A stretch of 32,995 bases of DNA from Candidatus Bathyarchaeota archaeon (GTDB lineage: Archaea; Thermoproteota; Bathyarchaeia; Bathyarchaeales; DTEX01): NCBI GenBank assembly GCA_021158305.1, contig JAGGUU010000066.1, forward strand, positions 1 to 32,995. The letters are read 5' to 3'. A model generated the notes under the pieces. That model was not told the origin of the DNA, did not search any database, and was given only the letters and a program-made list of their open reading frames with translations. Position 1 is the first letter of the stretch. Each line of letters opens with the position of its first letter. Of this stretch, positions 1 through 8,554 are shown piece after piece. A program made the position numbers and the translations under genes.

Positions 1-2
1 TA

Positions 3-488
3 ATGTTGAGGAAAAAATATGAACGTGAGGAATATTCAAAAAGAATTAAGGGGCCAATATTATGTTTCTGTAGCTACTACCTAAACCAAGATGAAGGAGA
101 CGTCTTGAATGCTACGAGAGACTTTGATAAGATAGTTAAGAAGATTGAAGATTTTATAAACGAGAAGAAAGAACTCTACGCGATTTTAGAACGATTGCCA
201 GGATTAGATTGTGGAAGATGCCCATACAGGACATGTTTAGGTCTAGCAAAAGCAGTGCAAAAAGGAGAAGCATCGATCGAAAATTGCACGGTGGAGGCTC
301 ATAGAAGAAAACTTAAATCCTCCGTGCTAGTCAATGGCAAGAACGTGCCGATGATCCCTTATATCTCAGAGCTCATAAGAAGGACTGTTCTAGCCATGGT
401 TTCGACGCTTAAAGGAACAGACATAGAGGGAAACGAATACGTTCAGGTGAGAATTTTAAAGTCATTCAAAGATCTTGAAAACAGGTAG
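3..488 (+). CDS. mobB: C-terminal part of a molybdopterin-guanine dinucleotide biosynthesis protein B with a fused Fe-S domain (probably 5'-truncated by the window edge)
   Basis: LPGLDCGRCPYRTC...C four-Cys motif (RnfB/CdhE-type FeS domain), followed by VLVNGKNVPMIPYISELIRRTVLAMVSTLKG, typical of archaeal MobB C-termini. The P-loop would lie upstream of the window. Confidence 0.7.
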   Translation: MLRKKYEREEYSKRIKGPILCFCSYYLNQDEGDVLNATRDFDKIVKKIEDFINEKKELYAILERLPGLDCGRCPYRTCLGLAKAVQKGEASIENCTVEAHRRKLKSSVLVNGKNVPMIPYISELIRRTVLAMVSTLKGTDIEGNEYVQVRILKSFKDLENR

Positions 489-520
489 AGACGCACATGG
501 GTCGCTTATATGATCATTTT

Positions 521-550
521 TGATAGATGTTCATGAGGAGACATCTATTA
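521..550. terminator. Hairpin between convergent genes, possible bidirectional terminator
   Basis: ATAGATGT (523-530) pairs with ACATCTAT (541-548), extendable by G-T and T-A pairs. It lies between the convergent stops at 488 and 561. Confidence 0.4.
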
Positions 551-560
551 CTGGTTTCCC

Positions 561-1418
561 TTAGATTAGGAAGTACGTTCCCACAGTTACAATTATTGCT
601 GATAGAAGAAGACGAGGAGTAACCTTTTCTTTTAAAAAGACAGCAGACATGATTGAAGCCCATACTGGCGAGGAGGAGCTTAATGGAGTAGCTCTTGAAG
701 CTCCTATAAGCTTTAGGCTTAAGAGGAACATTATTCCCGCGATCACCATTCCCGTAGCCCCCGAAGCTGAAAGAAGCACTAGATCCTTTTTGGTGATATT
801 CCATCTTCTCATAGGTTTTGAGATTAAAAGAAGAAAGAGAAAAAGAATTGCATAACGTACCATATTGGCTAAGTATACGCTTATATTCTTCACTCCTATG
901 GCGACGAGAATGGTGCCTATAGCCCAACATAAAGATGACAGCAGGGCTAGCATGATTCCTTCAAGGCTGATGATTCCACGGTCAGCGTCGTTATTATTGT
1001 CTATGGATATAACGATTACCGCTAACACTATGAGAACCGTCCCTACAAGATACTTGATGATAAAAGGTTCGTTAAGAAGAACAACTGCCAGAATCATTGT
1101 GAAGAACGGCGAAGTATAGACGATGGTGTAAGCTCTTGATACTCCTATGATGGTTATGCTCTTGAAGAGAAGAGTATCTCCGACTCCAAAGCCTATTATA
1201 GCCGCGAGCATTACTAAAATTAAAGCGTTAAGATCTATGTTAGAGAAGCTGTTTAAATCTCCGGCGACCATGGCTACGGGAATGGATAATACAGCTGAGA
1301 ACAAAGTTCTTATAACATTTGACCTTATAGGATCGATCTTCTTAAGAGCCTCGGCTGAGAGCACCGTTGAAATAGCCCATAGAATAGCCGTTAAGATAGC
1401 AAGTGCTTCGCCGAGCAT
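561..1418 (-). CDS. DMT/EamA family transporter
   Basis: 285 aa, about 10 hydrophobic helices in two repeats (SITIIGVSRAYTIVYTSPFF...LLNEP and SLKLIGASRATPLSSSSPVW...FLKEK). Confidence 0.92.
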   Translation of the reverse strand: MLGEALAILTAILWAISTVLSAEALKKIDPIRSNVIRTLFSAVLSIPVAMVAGDLNSFSNIDLNALILVMLAAIIGFGVGDTLLFKSITIIGVSRAYTIVYTSPFFTMILAVVLLNEPFIIKYLVGTVLIVLAVIVISIDNNNDADRGIISLEGIMLALLSSLCWAIGTILVAIGVKNISVYLANMVRYAILFLFLLLISKPMRRWNITKKDLVLLSASGATGMVIAGIMFLLSLKLIGASRATPLSSSSPVWASIMSAVFLKEKVTPRLLLSAIIVTVGTYFLI

Positions 1419-1578
1419 TATCGCATCATCTCAGGTCATTTAACGGAACTGTTACGGGGACATCGCGCTGCATCCTAATAAGTTTTTGCGGCGAGGCTTC
1501 TAGGAGAAGCTCATCAAAGAAAACCGTATTATGTATCGGCACGATACCTTTTGTTAGTTACTTTCAGAGGAGATACAT

Positions 1579-2559
1579 ATGTACAGAGTTGCTTTCGAGT
1601 TAAAGCGTCAGAAACTGATACTTGGCCATCTTCCATTTCTTGGTATAAGCTATCAAAGCAGAGAGAAAGATGAGAGATATAGAGAAAAATTTCGGAACAA
1701 GCTCGAGATGAAGAGAGTTATGAAGGTTGCATTAGATTATAACGTCAGATTCTTCTCAGCGTCTTCTCATAGCTTCAGCGATCTCGCTCCATTACATCTT
1801 GAGGCTATAAAGGAAATTGAGGAAGAAGAGGAGACAGATATCACACTAATAGTCTGTATCAGTATACCGCTCAGGATCGGCGGAACAAAGATTAATGATT
1901 ATAGAAGATGGAGCACTCAGATTGTTTATGAGACAAAGAAGACTGGAAGAAATATCCTATATAAGGCGCTTAACGACCCCATTCTAAACTGTCGTCCAAG
2001 ATGGAAAGAGAATATTCGATATGCAAGACCCTATAGTGTCACGCAGATAAAGGGAAGATTGAATGTAGAATGGAGGAGATGGGAGAATAGCATTGACATG
2101 CTGTCAGAATGGAGAATAGGATGGATTGAACCTGGATCAGAGGTTGATTTTATATCTTTAGCACGAACTGATCTAGTCGGCGAAATCATAGATAGAACCA
2201 GAGAAGCTGGGTATCGATGTCTACTTGGGTCGCATCATCTTGGAGCTACGGCTCCGATATTGCAAGACGCGGGCATAGAGGGGTTTGATGGCTACGTGAC
2301 GCCGATTAATAAGATGGGAGTTATGATGTTTCCATCTAGGGAGATTGTTGAACGAATAGTCGTGGAAACTAGGAGAGGAGGAAAGATGATAATAGCTACG
2401 AAGTCGCTTGCTGGGGGAAGGATAAAACCGGAAGAAGCATTCTCCTACGTCTTTCAAAGCGTGGGAGTTGACGCTTGTATGGTGGGAGTTGCCTCAACAA
2501 AAGAGGCAAAGGAGGACTTCGAAACCGCTAAAAAAGTCTTATCGAAGAAGAAACATTAA
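1579..2559 (+). CDS. Hypothetical protein, divergent aldo/keto-reductase-like TIM barrel
   Basis: GAGGAG SD before the ATG. N-terminal KLILG and C-terminal IIATKSLAGGRI..EEAFSYV...VDACMVGVAS resemble AKR-superfamily strands. Confidence 0.55.
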   Translation: MYRVAFELKRQKLILGHLPFLGISYQSREKDERYREKFRNKLEMKRVMKVALDYNVRFFSASSHSFSDLAPLHLEAIKEIEEEEETDITLIVCISIPLRIGGTKINDYRRWSTQIVYETKKTGRNILYKALNDPILNCRPRWKENIRYARPYSVTQIKGRLNVEWRRWENSIDMLSEWRIGWIEPGSEVDFISLARTDLVGEIIDRTREAGYRCLLGSHHLGATAPILQDAGIEGFDGYVTPINKMGVMMFPSREIVERIVVETRRGGKMIIATKSLAGGRIKPEEAFSYVFQSVGVDACMVGVASTKEAKEDFETAKKVLSKKKH

Positions 2560-2612
2560 AAGGAATAAAAACAGACCGATAAGAGCCAGAAAAAGAGAAT
2601 TCATGAAGAGTT

Positions 2613-4268
2613 TTAATCAAACTCTGACTCGCTCTCTTCCTTTTCGCCCTCTGGACCCTTACCTTTCTCTTCCTCAGGCTTCGAAGCAGCTATAACATCG
2701 TCGATCCTCAGTATCATCGCGGCTGCTTCGGAAGCTGACTTTATTGCCTGCTCCTTTACGCTTAGAGGCTCAATGACTCCTTTGTCCCATAGATTGGCGA
2801 CTTTACCTTCGAAGACGTCAACTCCAGCCCATGTCTCACCCTTCTCGTGGGCGGCTCTGAGCTCAACCATTATGTCGATCTGCTCGAGACCAGCGTTTTC
2901 GGCTAGAGTTTTAGGAATAGTCTCTATGGCCTCAGCGAATGCCTCGATAGCGAGCTGCTCTCTTCCGCCTACTTGAACGGCGTACTTGCGGAGCTCCTTA
3001 GCAACCTCAGCCTCCACAGCTCCGCCTCCAGCGACAACCTTATTCTTCTCAAACACGTCAGCTACGACGCAGAGAGCATCATGCACCGCTCTTTCAGCCT
3101 CGTCAACCATTCTCTCGAGGCCAGCACGTATTAGAATTGAAACCGACTTCGGATCTTTGCATCCTTCTATGAAGACCATTTTGTCGTCGCCTATCTTTCT
3201 CTCCTCAACGAGCTCGGCGTATCCGAGGTCTTCAGGCTTCAAATCATCCAGATTCGTGACTATTCTTCCGCCAGTTGCACGTGAAAGCTTCTCCATATCA
3301 GACTCTTTAGCTCTACGAACCGCGAGTATTCCTTTCTTCGCAAGGAAGTGCTGAGCCATATCATCAATGCCCTTCTGGCAGATGAGAACGTTCGCGCCAG
3401 CCTTCGCAACCTTCTCAACCATCTCTCTGAGCATAGATGTCTCTTGATCAAGGAAAGCTTTCATCTGTGAGGGGTCACGTATCCTTATCTCTGCACTGAA
3501 CTCTGTCTTCTCAACCTCCAATGGGCAGTTTAAAAGCGCTATTTTAGCATTCTCAACGCGCTTAGGCATGCCTGAATGAACAACTTCCTTGTCGAGTATT
3601 ATGCCTCTGACAAGCTCGGTGTCGTGGAGGCTCTTTCCTTCCTTCTTAATTATCTGCACATTATCTACATCGGCAACCCAGCGGTCTCCACGTTTCTCAG
3701 CTATCTGCTTTATGGCCTCGATAGCTATCTCCGCCAAATGTTCTCTAGCTGTTCCTACAGCTTTGCTGCCCATAGCTGTTATTGCAACTCTCTTAAGCAT
3801 CTCTTTATCGTCGAGATCAACTGGCACGCTGATCTTCTCTAGAACTTCCATTGCCTTTTTAGTCGCTTTTCGATACCCACTGACTATTATCGTTGGATGT
3901 ATATTTTGATCAAGTAGCTCCTCAGCCTTTTTGAGCAGCTCACCTGCCAAAACAACTGACGTTGTTGTTCCGTCTCCAACCTCGTCGTCCTGGGTCTTGG
4001 CGACCTCAACCATCATCTTAGCCGCCGGATGCTCAACCTCGATCTCGTCAAGTATTGCAGCTCCATCATTAGTAATCGTAATGTCCCCTAGACTATCGAC
4101 AAGCATCTTATCCATGCCGCGCGGGCCAAGCGTCGACCTTATTGCTTCAGCTATGACCCTCGCGGCCATAATGTTATTACGCTGGGCTTCTCTTCCTCTA
4201 CTTCTGGAGGTTCCTTCTTTGAGAATGAGTACAGGCTGACCCGACTGAGTCTGTGCCAAGTACGCCAT
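2613..4268 (-). CDS. ths: Thermosome subunit (group II chaperonin; alpha vs beta not distinguishable by eye)
   Basis: [32 protein letters not shown] and ILRIDD motifs; acidic C-terminal tail; GAGGTTGA SD. Confidence 0.98.
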   Translation of the reverse strand: MAYLAQTQSGQPVLILKEGTSRSRGREAQRNNIMAARVIAEAIRSTLGPRGMDKMLVDSLGDITITNDGAAILDEIEVEHPAAKMMVEVAKTQDDEVGDGTTTSVVLAGELLKKAEELLDQNIHPTIIVSGYRKATKKAMEVLEKISVPVDLDDKEMLKRVAITAMGSKAVGTAREHLAEIAIEAIKQIAEKRGDRWVADVDNVQIIKKEGKSLHDTELVRGIILDKEVVHSGMPKRVENAKIALLNCPLEVEKTEFSAEIRIRDPSQMKAFLDQETSMLREMVEKVAKAGANVLICQKGIDDMAQHFLAKKGILAVRRAKESDMEKLSRATGGRIVTNLDDLKPEDLGYAELVEERKIGDDKMVFIEGCKDPKSVSILIRAGLERMVDEAERAVHDALCVVADVFEKNKVVAGGGAVEAEVAKELRKYAVQVGGREQLAIEAFAEAIETIPKTLAENAGLEQIDIMVELRAAHEKGETWAGVDVFEGKVANLWDKGVIEPLSVKEQAIKSASEAAAMILRIDDVIAASKPEEEKGKGPEGEKEESESEFD

Positions 4269-4283
4269 ATTTCATCAACCTCT

Positions 4284-4325
4284 TTGAAGATGATCGTCTT
4301 CAATAAATAAACTAAAAATATATAA
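4284..4325. promoter_or_regulatory. Divergent promoter region: TATA box (4318-4325) and a 20-bp palindrome (4284-4303)
   Basis: ATATATAA at 4318-4325 is flanked by A-rich BRE-like tracts on both strands. TTGAAGA-TGATCG-TCTTCAA lies at 4284-4303. Confidence 0.5.
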
Positions 4326-4382
4326 GTTTTACTAGAAAAATAAATTGTGAACTTGTCGACTAAACATGTTCGGGGATGATCT

Positions 4383-4841
4383 ATGACGGCTCTGTTTGAA
4401 GGAACATTAGCTGAATACAGAATATTTGATATAAGAATATTGCCTACAATAGACTATGAAAGCGATCTCGAATGGATATGCAAGAGCTTCGGCTTTCTAG
4501 AGCCGAGAGACAAAAAGAAGACAGCCTATCGAATCTTCAAGGAGATAGTTGAAGCTGCTCGGGATAATAGGGGACTAACAAGCGACGAACTTGCTCAGAA
4601 GCTCAACCTAACAAGAGGCACCATAATTCACCACTTAAATAAAATGATAAAGAGCGGCTTAGTGATCCACCAAGAAGGACGATATAAACTAAGAGGGAGA
4701 AGTCTAACGAATACTGTTGAGGAAATAGAGCGAGATATTCACCGTGTGTTCGAGAATATTCATAAAGTGGCAAAGACTATCGATGATACATTAGGTTTAT
4801 TCTTTAGGCAAGAGGTTCCTCCTCGCAAAAGGAGCATTTAG
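4383..4841 (+). CDS. Winged helix-turn-helix transcriptional regulator
   Basis: GLTSDELAQKLNLTRGTIIHHLNKMIKSGLV wHTH signature plus a C-terminal amphipathic dimerisation helix; GGGGATGA SD. Confidence 0.85.
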   Translation: MTALFEGTLAEYRIFDIRILPTIDYESDLEWICKSFGFLEPRDKKKTAYRIFKEIVEAARDNRGLTSDELAQKLNLTRGTIIHHLNKMIKSGLVIHQEGRYKLRGRSLTNTVEEIERDIHRVFENIHKVAKTIDDTLGLFFRQEVPPRKRSI

Positions 4842-5062
4842 CCCACTAAAGATTATAGGGAGAAAGAAAAGCCACCGAATAACAACGATAAATTGCTTCT
4901 CCACCTACTGGAGTACCTTGGATCCTTTTCTCCTGACAAGTACAAGCGCCGTCTCTGTCTATCTTCATCTCTCGTCTCAATAATCCTTAAGTAGTATATA
5001 TGAATCATTCTGAAGAGGAATGGTAGCAATATGACATTAAGACTTATAGAAGGATCTCTGAC

Positions 5063-5809
5063 ATGACCTGCAAGATTAAGATCTACGAGAATCCAAACCT
5101 TAAAGACCCAATACTCCTAGAAGGGCTTCCAGGAATAGGTCTTGTAGCCAACATAGCAGTTGCTTTTCTGATAAAAAAGCTAGGAGCAAGAATCCTCTGC
5201 GAGTTTAAGTCAACATTTTTTCCGAATATCTCAGTCGTAGAAGAAACAGGAATTCTGAAATCGCCCTTTTGCCGTTTATACTATTATCAAGGAAGAAGAC
5301 GTGAAGAACGTGATCTTCTTCTCTTATACGGCAATACTCAAGCAGTAACGCGACAGGGACAATATGAGCTCTGCGACACGGTTCTGAAGATATCTAAAAG
5401 ATTCGGATGCGGATATGTCATAACCTTAGGGGGATATAGGCCAGGGAGAAGAGTTGAGAGACCGAATCTTTACTATGCATCTTCAGATGAAGAAACTGCG
5501 AAGACGGCGGAGTCTCTAGGCGCGAAGATTCTCGGTGGCCAAATATATGGTGCAGCTGGACTTCTCATAGCTTTAGCAAAATTACATGGAATGCGGGGAT
5601 TCTGTCTACTAGCGGAAACCTCCGGCGACCATCTGGATGCATTAGCTGCCCGAGAAGTGCTGAGAGCCATCCTTAAGATTCTGGGTTTGAAAATTAATGT
5701 TGAGGAACTAAGAGATCCTGAAAAATTAGCGGATTTTCTCTCTCCTTTCGACTTTGGAGTTTTGGCAAAAAAAGAAGTTCTCAAGCCTCGACCGGCTTGG
5801 TTCATTTAG
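5063..5809 (+). CDS. PAC2 family proteasome assembly chaperone-like protein (PbaA/PbaB-related)
   Basis: LLEGLPGIGLVANIA, VITLGGY, GQIYGAAGLL and GFCLLAET motifs. Confidence 0.9.
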   Translation: MTCKIKIYENPNLKDPILLEGLPGIGLVANIAVAFLIKKLGARILCEFKSTFFPNISVVEETGILKSPFCRLYYYQGRRREERDLLLLYGNTQAVTRQGQYELCDTVLKISKRFGCGYVITLGGYRPGRRVERPNLYYASSDEETAKTAESLGAKILGGQIYGAAGLLIALAKLHGMRGFCLLAETSGDHLDALAAREVLRAILKILGLKINVEELRDPEKLADFLSPFDFGVLAKKEVLKPRPAWFI

Positions 5810-6174
5810 CATATGCGACTTTTCTATTTTCTTTCTTGTTTTATATGCAGATTGTGATTCTTGATGGAATCGACGGGATAAATCAAATAGGCATATTAAC
5901 GATCAGCACTCGGAGTTTTTTGAGGATAGTGTTAGTTAGCGCTGAGAGCTGCGTTTTAGCCGCTGTGTAAAAGGATAAAAATGTGGCCTTTTTCGGATAT
6001 TCTTCTCAATCCGCCTGCAAGAGCTTCTTTATAGATGTGGCGAGATAGTTGATGAAATATTTAGAGCCGAAGATAAATATCTGCCTCGATTTCAAGTAAA
6101 GAAACATGAGATGGTCAATGTCAATAATTAGCAAAAAAGAAAGGGGAAATATGATTTGACGAAAAATGCAGAGA

Positions 6175-6600
6175 TTACTTTTTTTGCATTTCCTGCAGAA
6201 ACTGCATGTATACTCTTTGAACCCTCTCTGCAGCTGGACCTGAACCCTCAACTACTCCTTTTTCCGTAACTTTCACCCTGTCCATAACCCATATGAAACC
6301 TTCTTTTTCATATAACTTAACCATTCTTGGAAATACTCTCTCGAGCCTCTCAGCCAAGCCCCTAAGATCAAAGGCTTTCTGAGTAGATAAAATTCGTGCA
6401 ACAGTGTTACCGCTAATAATAACCCTAGAGAAGAAGTGCGATTCGGAATCTTTAGCATCTGAGATTATCAGATTAAGGTTTTCCGGATCTAGACCAACCA
6501 GTGTACCCGTATATTTTTTATTGTCTGTGGTAACCACTGTTACCATCGTATCTATGAGCGCGGATACTTCACTATTAAATCTTCTCTGAGCCATTGACAT
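6175..6600 (-). CDS. Lsm family RNA-binding protein, SmAP3 type (Sm fold plus C-terminal domain)
   Basis: Sm1/Sm2-like segments (VTVVTTDNKKYTGTLVGLDPENLNLIISDA; RVIISGNTV) followed by an Lsm_C-like domain (FDLRGLAERLERVFP...VKVTEKGV.GSGPAAERV). Confidence 0.88.
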   Translation of the reverse strand: MSMAQRRFNSEVSALIDTMVTVVTTDNKKYTGTLVGLDPENLNLIISDAKDSESHFFSRVIISGNTVARILSTQKAFDLRGLAERLERVFPRMVKLYEKEGFIWVMDRVKVTEKGVVEGSGPAAERVQRVYMQFLQEMQKK

Positions 6601-6639
6601 ATAGACCAGCCTCGTTCTATCTTGTATATAAGAGGCTTA

Positions 6640-7956
6640 TTATCTTTCCTCATCTTCTATGCGAAAACTAGCTTGCTGAATCTTTTGCTTGAGAATTATG
6701 AACGTGTTTGGCGGCACATCTCTATAGACGACAATGTTAGGTCCGATCCAGCTGTTATAGCCAACTTTTACACCAGGCATAAAGAGCACGCCTACACCAG
6801 TCTTCACACGGTCACCTACTACTATGCCCATCTTTTCCAGATTTGTGTCAACCATTTTATCTTTAATTCTCATTTTGACAGTCTCCTCATCGAGGCGTCG
6901 ATTGGCTACAATCGTTCCAGCTCCAAAATCACAACCCTCACCTACAATGCTATCACTAATATAGGATCCGTGGCCCACGTTAACTCCGTCCATTAAGATA
7001 CTGTTTTTCACCTCAACTCCGCTATCAATATTAACCCTTCTTCCAATGCTTGAGTAGGGTTTAATGCAGCTATTCGGCCCTATGCTGGATTCTTCGCCTA
7101 CATAAACTGGCCCCTTAATGTAGGTTCCAGAGCGGATTATTGCTCCTTTTCCAATATAAACAGTTCCTTCGACATGTGCTCCATCCTCGATTGTCCCCGC
7201 GATGCTAGATTCGAGCTTATTTAAGACGCGTATATTTGCTTCCAGTAGATCCCAAGGTCTTCCAACATCGAGCCATTCTTCAGACAGGATCCGCGTAGCG
7301 ATTACTCTTTCACCGCTCTTTATGAGCATCTTAATAGAGTCGGTTATTTCCTGTTCTCCCCTTTGGGAGATACCAGTCTGCTTTATGGCCTTGAATATTT
7401 CGGGTGAAAAGACATAAACGCCCGCGTTTATCTGTCTGCTACGCACGGTTCTGCGATTCGGTTTTTCAATGATTCCAACCACGTTATTTCCGTCGAGCTC
7501 GATAACTCCGTATCGCTCGGGATTATTTACCTCAACCGTCGTTAGAGTAGCTGCAGGATCCTCTTTCGAATGCATGTTTAGAGCCGATTTGACAACCTTG
7601 GAACTTACAAGCAAATCGCCGTAAGTTGCTAAGAAGTCTCCATCAACATGATCCTCGGCTAGTCTAAAAGCATCCGCCGTTCCCATCATCTTTTTCTGAT
7701 GAAGGTACTCAATCTTCATCCCCAGTCTCGAACCATCTTCAAAGTACTTTTTGATGTGGTCAGATTTGTAACCGACAACGAGCAATACTTCCTTTATACC
7801 GCAGTCCTTCAGAGCTTTGAGGTGATGCTCAAGTAGCGGTTTTCCGCCCACTGGAATCATATGTTTTGGACGGGTAAATGTAAGAGGACGTAGTCTTTGT
7901 CCTTGACCAGCAGCTAAAACTACCGCCTTCAAAGCTTTCACAGTATTTAGAATCAT
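6640..7956 (-). CDS. glmU: Archaeal bifunctional sugar-1-phosphate nucleotidylyltransferase/acetyltransferase (GlmU/ST0452-like)
   Basis: KAVVLAAGQGQRLRPLT..RPK, IEKP, INAGVY and WLDVGRPWDLL motifs, then left-handed beta-helix hexapeptide repeats. The true start may be a few codons downstream. Confidence 0.88.
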   Translation of the reverse strand: MILNTVKALKAVVLAAGQGQRLRPLTFTRPKHMIPVGGKPLLEHHLKALKDCGIKEVLLVVGYKSDHIKKYFEDGSRLGMKIEYLHQKKMMGTADAFRLAEDHVDGDFLATYGDLLVSSKVVKSALNMHSKEDPAATLTTVEVNNPERYGVIELDGNNVVGIIEKPNRRTVRSRQINAGVYVFSPEIFKAIKQTGISQRGEQEITDSIKMLIKSGERVIATRILSEEWLDVGRPWDLLEANIRVLNKLESSIAGTIEDGAHVEGTVYIGKGAIIRSGTYIKGPVYVGEESSIGPNSCIKPYSSIGRRVNIDSGVEVKNSILMDGVNVGHGSYISDSIVGEGCDFGAGTIVANRRLDEETVKMRIKDKMVDTNLEKMGIVVGDRVKTGVGVLFMPGVKVGYNSWIGPNIVVYRDVPPNTFIILKQKIQQASFRIEDEER

Positions 7957-8072
7957 TGTAAAGAATTAATAAAGCCTTATTGTTTCCGTCCTGCTTGGAA
8001 CTTCAAATAACCTTTTAAAATGGAGACTAATAACAATAAGTGATGGATTCTAGCTCGGAGCGATAATCGTCC

Positions 8073-8417
8073 ATGAAGATAGATAAGAAGCAATTCGAAA
8101 AGATGTTTCCGAACTTAGCTAAAGAGATATTTAGTGGAGAAAATCGGGTGACAATCACGTCTATTAGGTCAGATATTGATATGGGAGAGAAAGCAGCTTC
8201 TATGAGCTTTCGAGGATATAATCCAGACGTTATAGATTTTCTAAGAAGATGCGATAATGAGGAACAAGCATACGAGATAATAGACTATCTTGAAAGAAGG
8301 AAGGAGATAAGCGAGAAGTATGCTTCCCAGCTGAGGAAGCAGCTAAGGGAAAGGGGAGTGAGAAGCTTTGGATCTAAGAAAGAAGACGGGTACTACCTCA
8401 AACAGGCGGGATTCTAG
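8073..8417 (+). CDS. DUF2095 family protein
   Basis: MFPNLAKE...GYNPDVIDFLRRCDNEEQAYEIIDYLERRKEIS...GVRSFGSKKEDGYY matches the conserved archaeal family. Confidence 0.85.
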   Translation: MKIDKKQFEKMFPNLAKEIFSGENRVTITSIRSDIDMGEKAASMSFRGYNPDVIDFLRRCDNEEQAYEIIDYLERRKEISEKYASQLRKQLRERGVRSFGSKKEDGYYLKQAGF

Positions 8418-8554
8418 CGCAGTGATCCGTGAGACTTGCATCCGGTAGCATTTCTGAGGTCTTTGAGAGAATTTAGGAAACATACTTTTAAAAGATAAAA
8501 TAATATAAAACATATTCTTCCAAGTGTTTGAATGCCGTTCAGGGATGACGAAAC

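Noticed and set aside
1419-1578. Short hairpins (GCTTCT-AGG-AGAAGC, GTATCG-GCA-CGATAC) upstream of the EamA gene, as a fluoride or guanidine-II riboswitch
   Set aside because: There are no ACGR loops, the fluoride consensus is only fragmentarily matched, and 6-bp stems can arise by chance.
2773-4239. Several plus-strand ORFs antisense to the thermosome
   Set aside because: Ser/Thr-rich shadow ORFs produced by the codon bias of the real gene.
4842-4994. Open frame continuing after the wHTH TAG stop (possible pyrrolysine read-through) containing FSPDKYKRR, reminiscent of Nop10 upstream of PAC2
   Set aside because: The wHTH protein looks complete, no pyl genes are visible, and the Nop10 Cys knuckles and HPP motif are absent. 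Likely coincidence.
6006-6251. 81-aa minus-strand ORF overlapping the Lsm 3' end
   Set aside because: It overlaps the real gene in another frame and has no motif or clear SD.
8418-8554. GTGAT...CTGA and GATGACGAAAC segments suggesting a C/D sRNA or hammerhead ribozyme
   Set aside because: The boxes are incomplete and the required flanking stems were not found.
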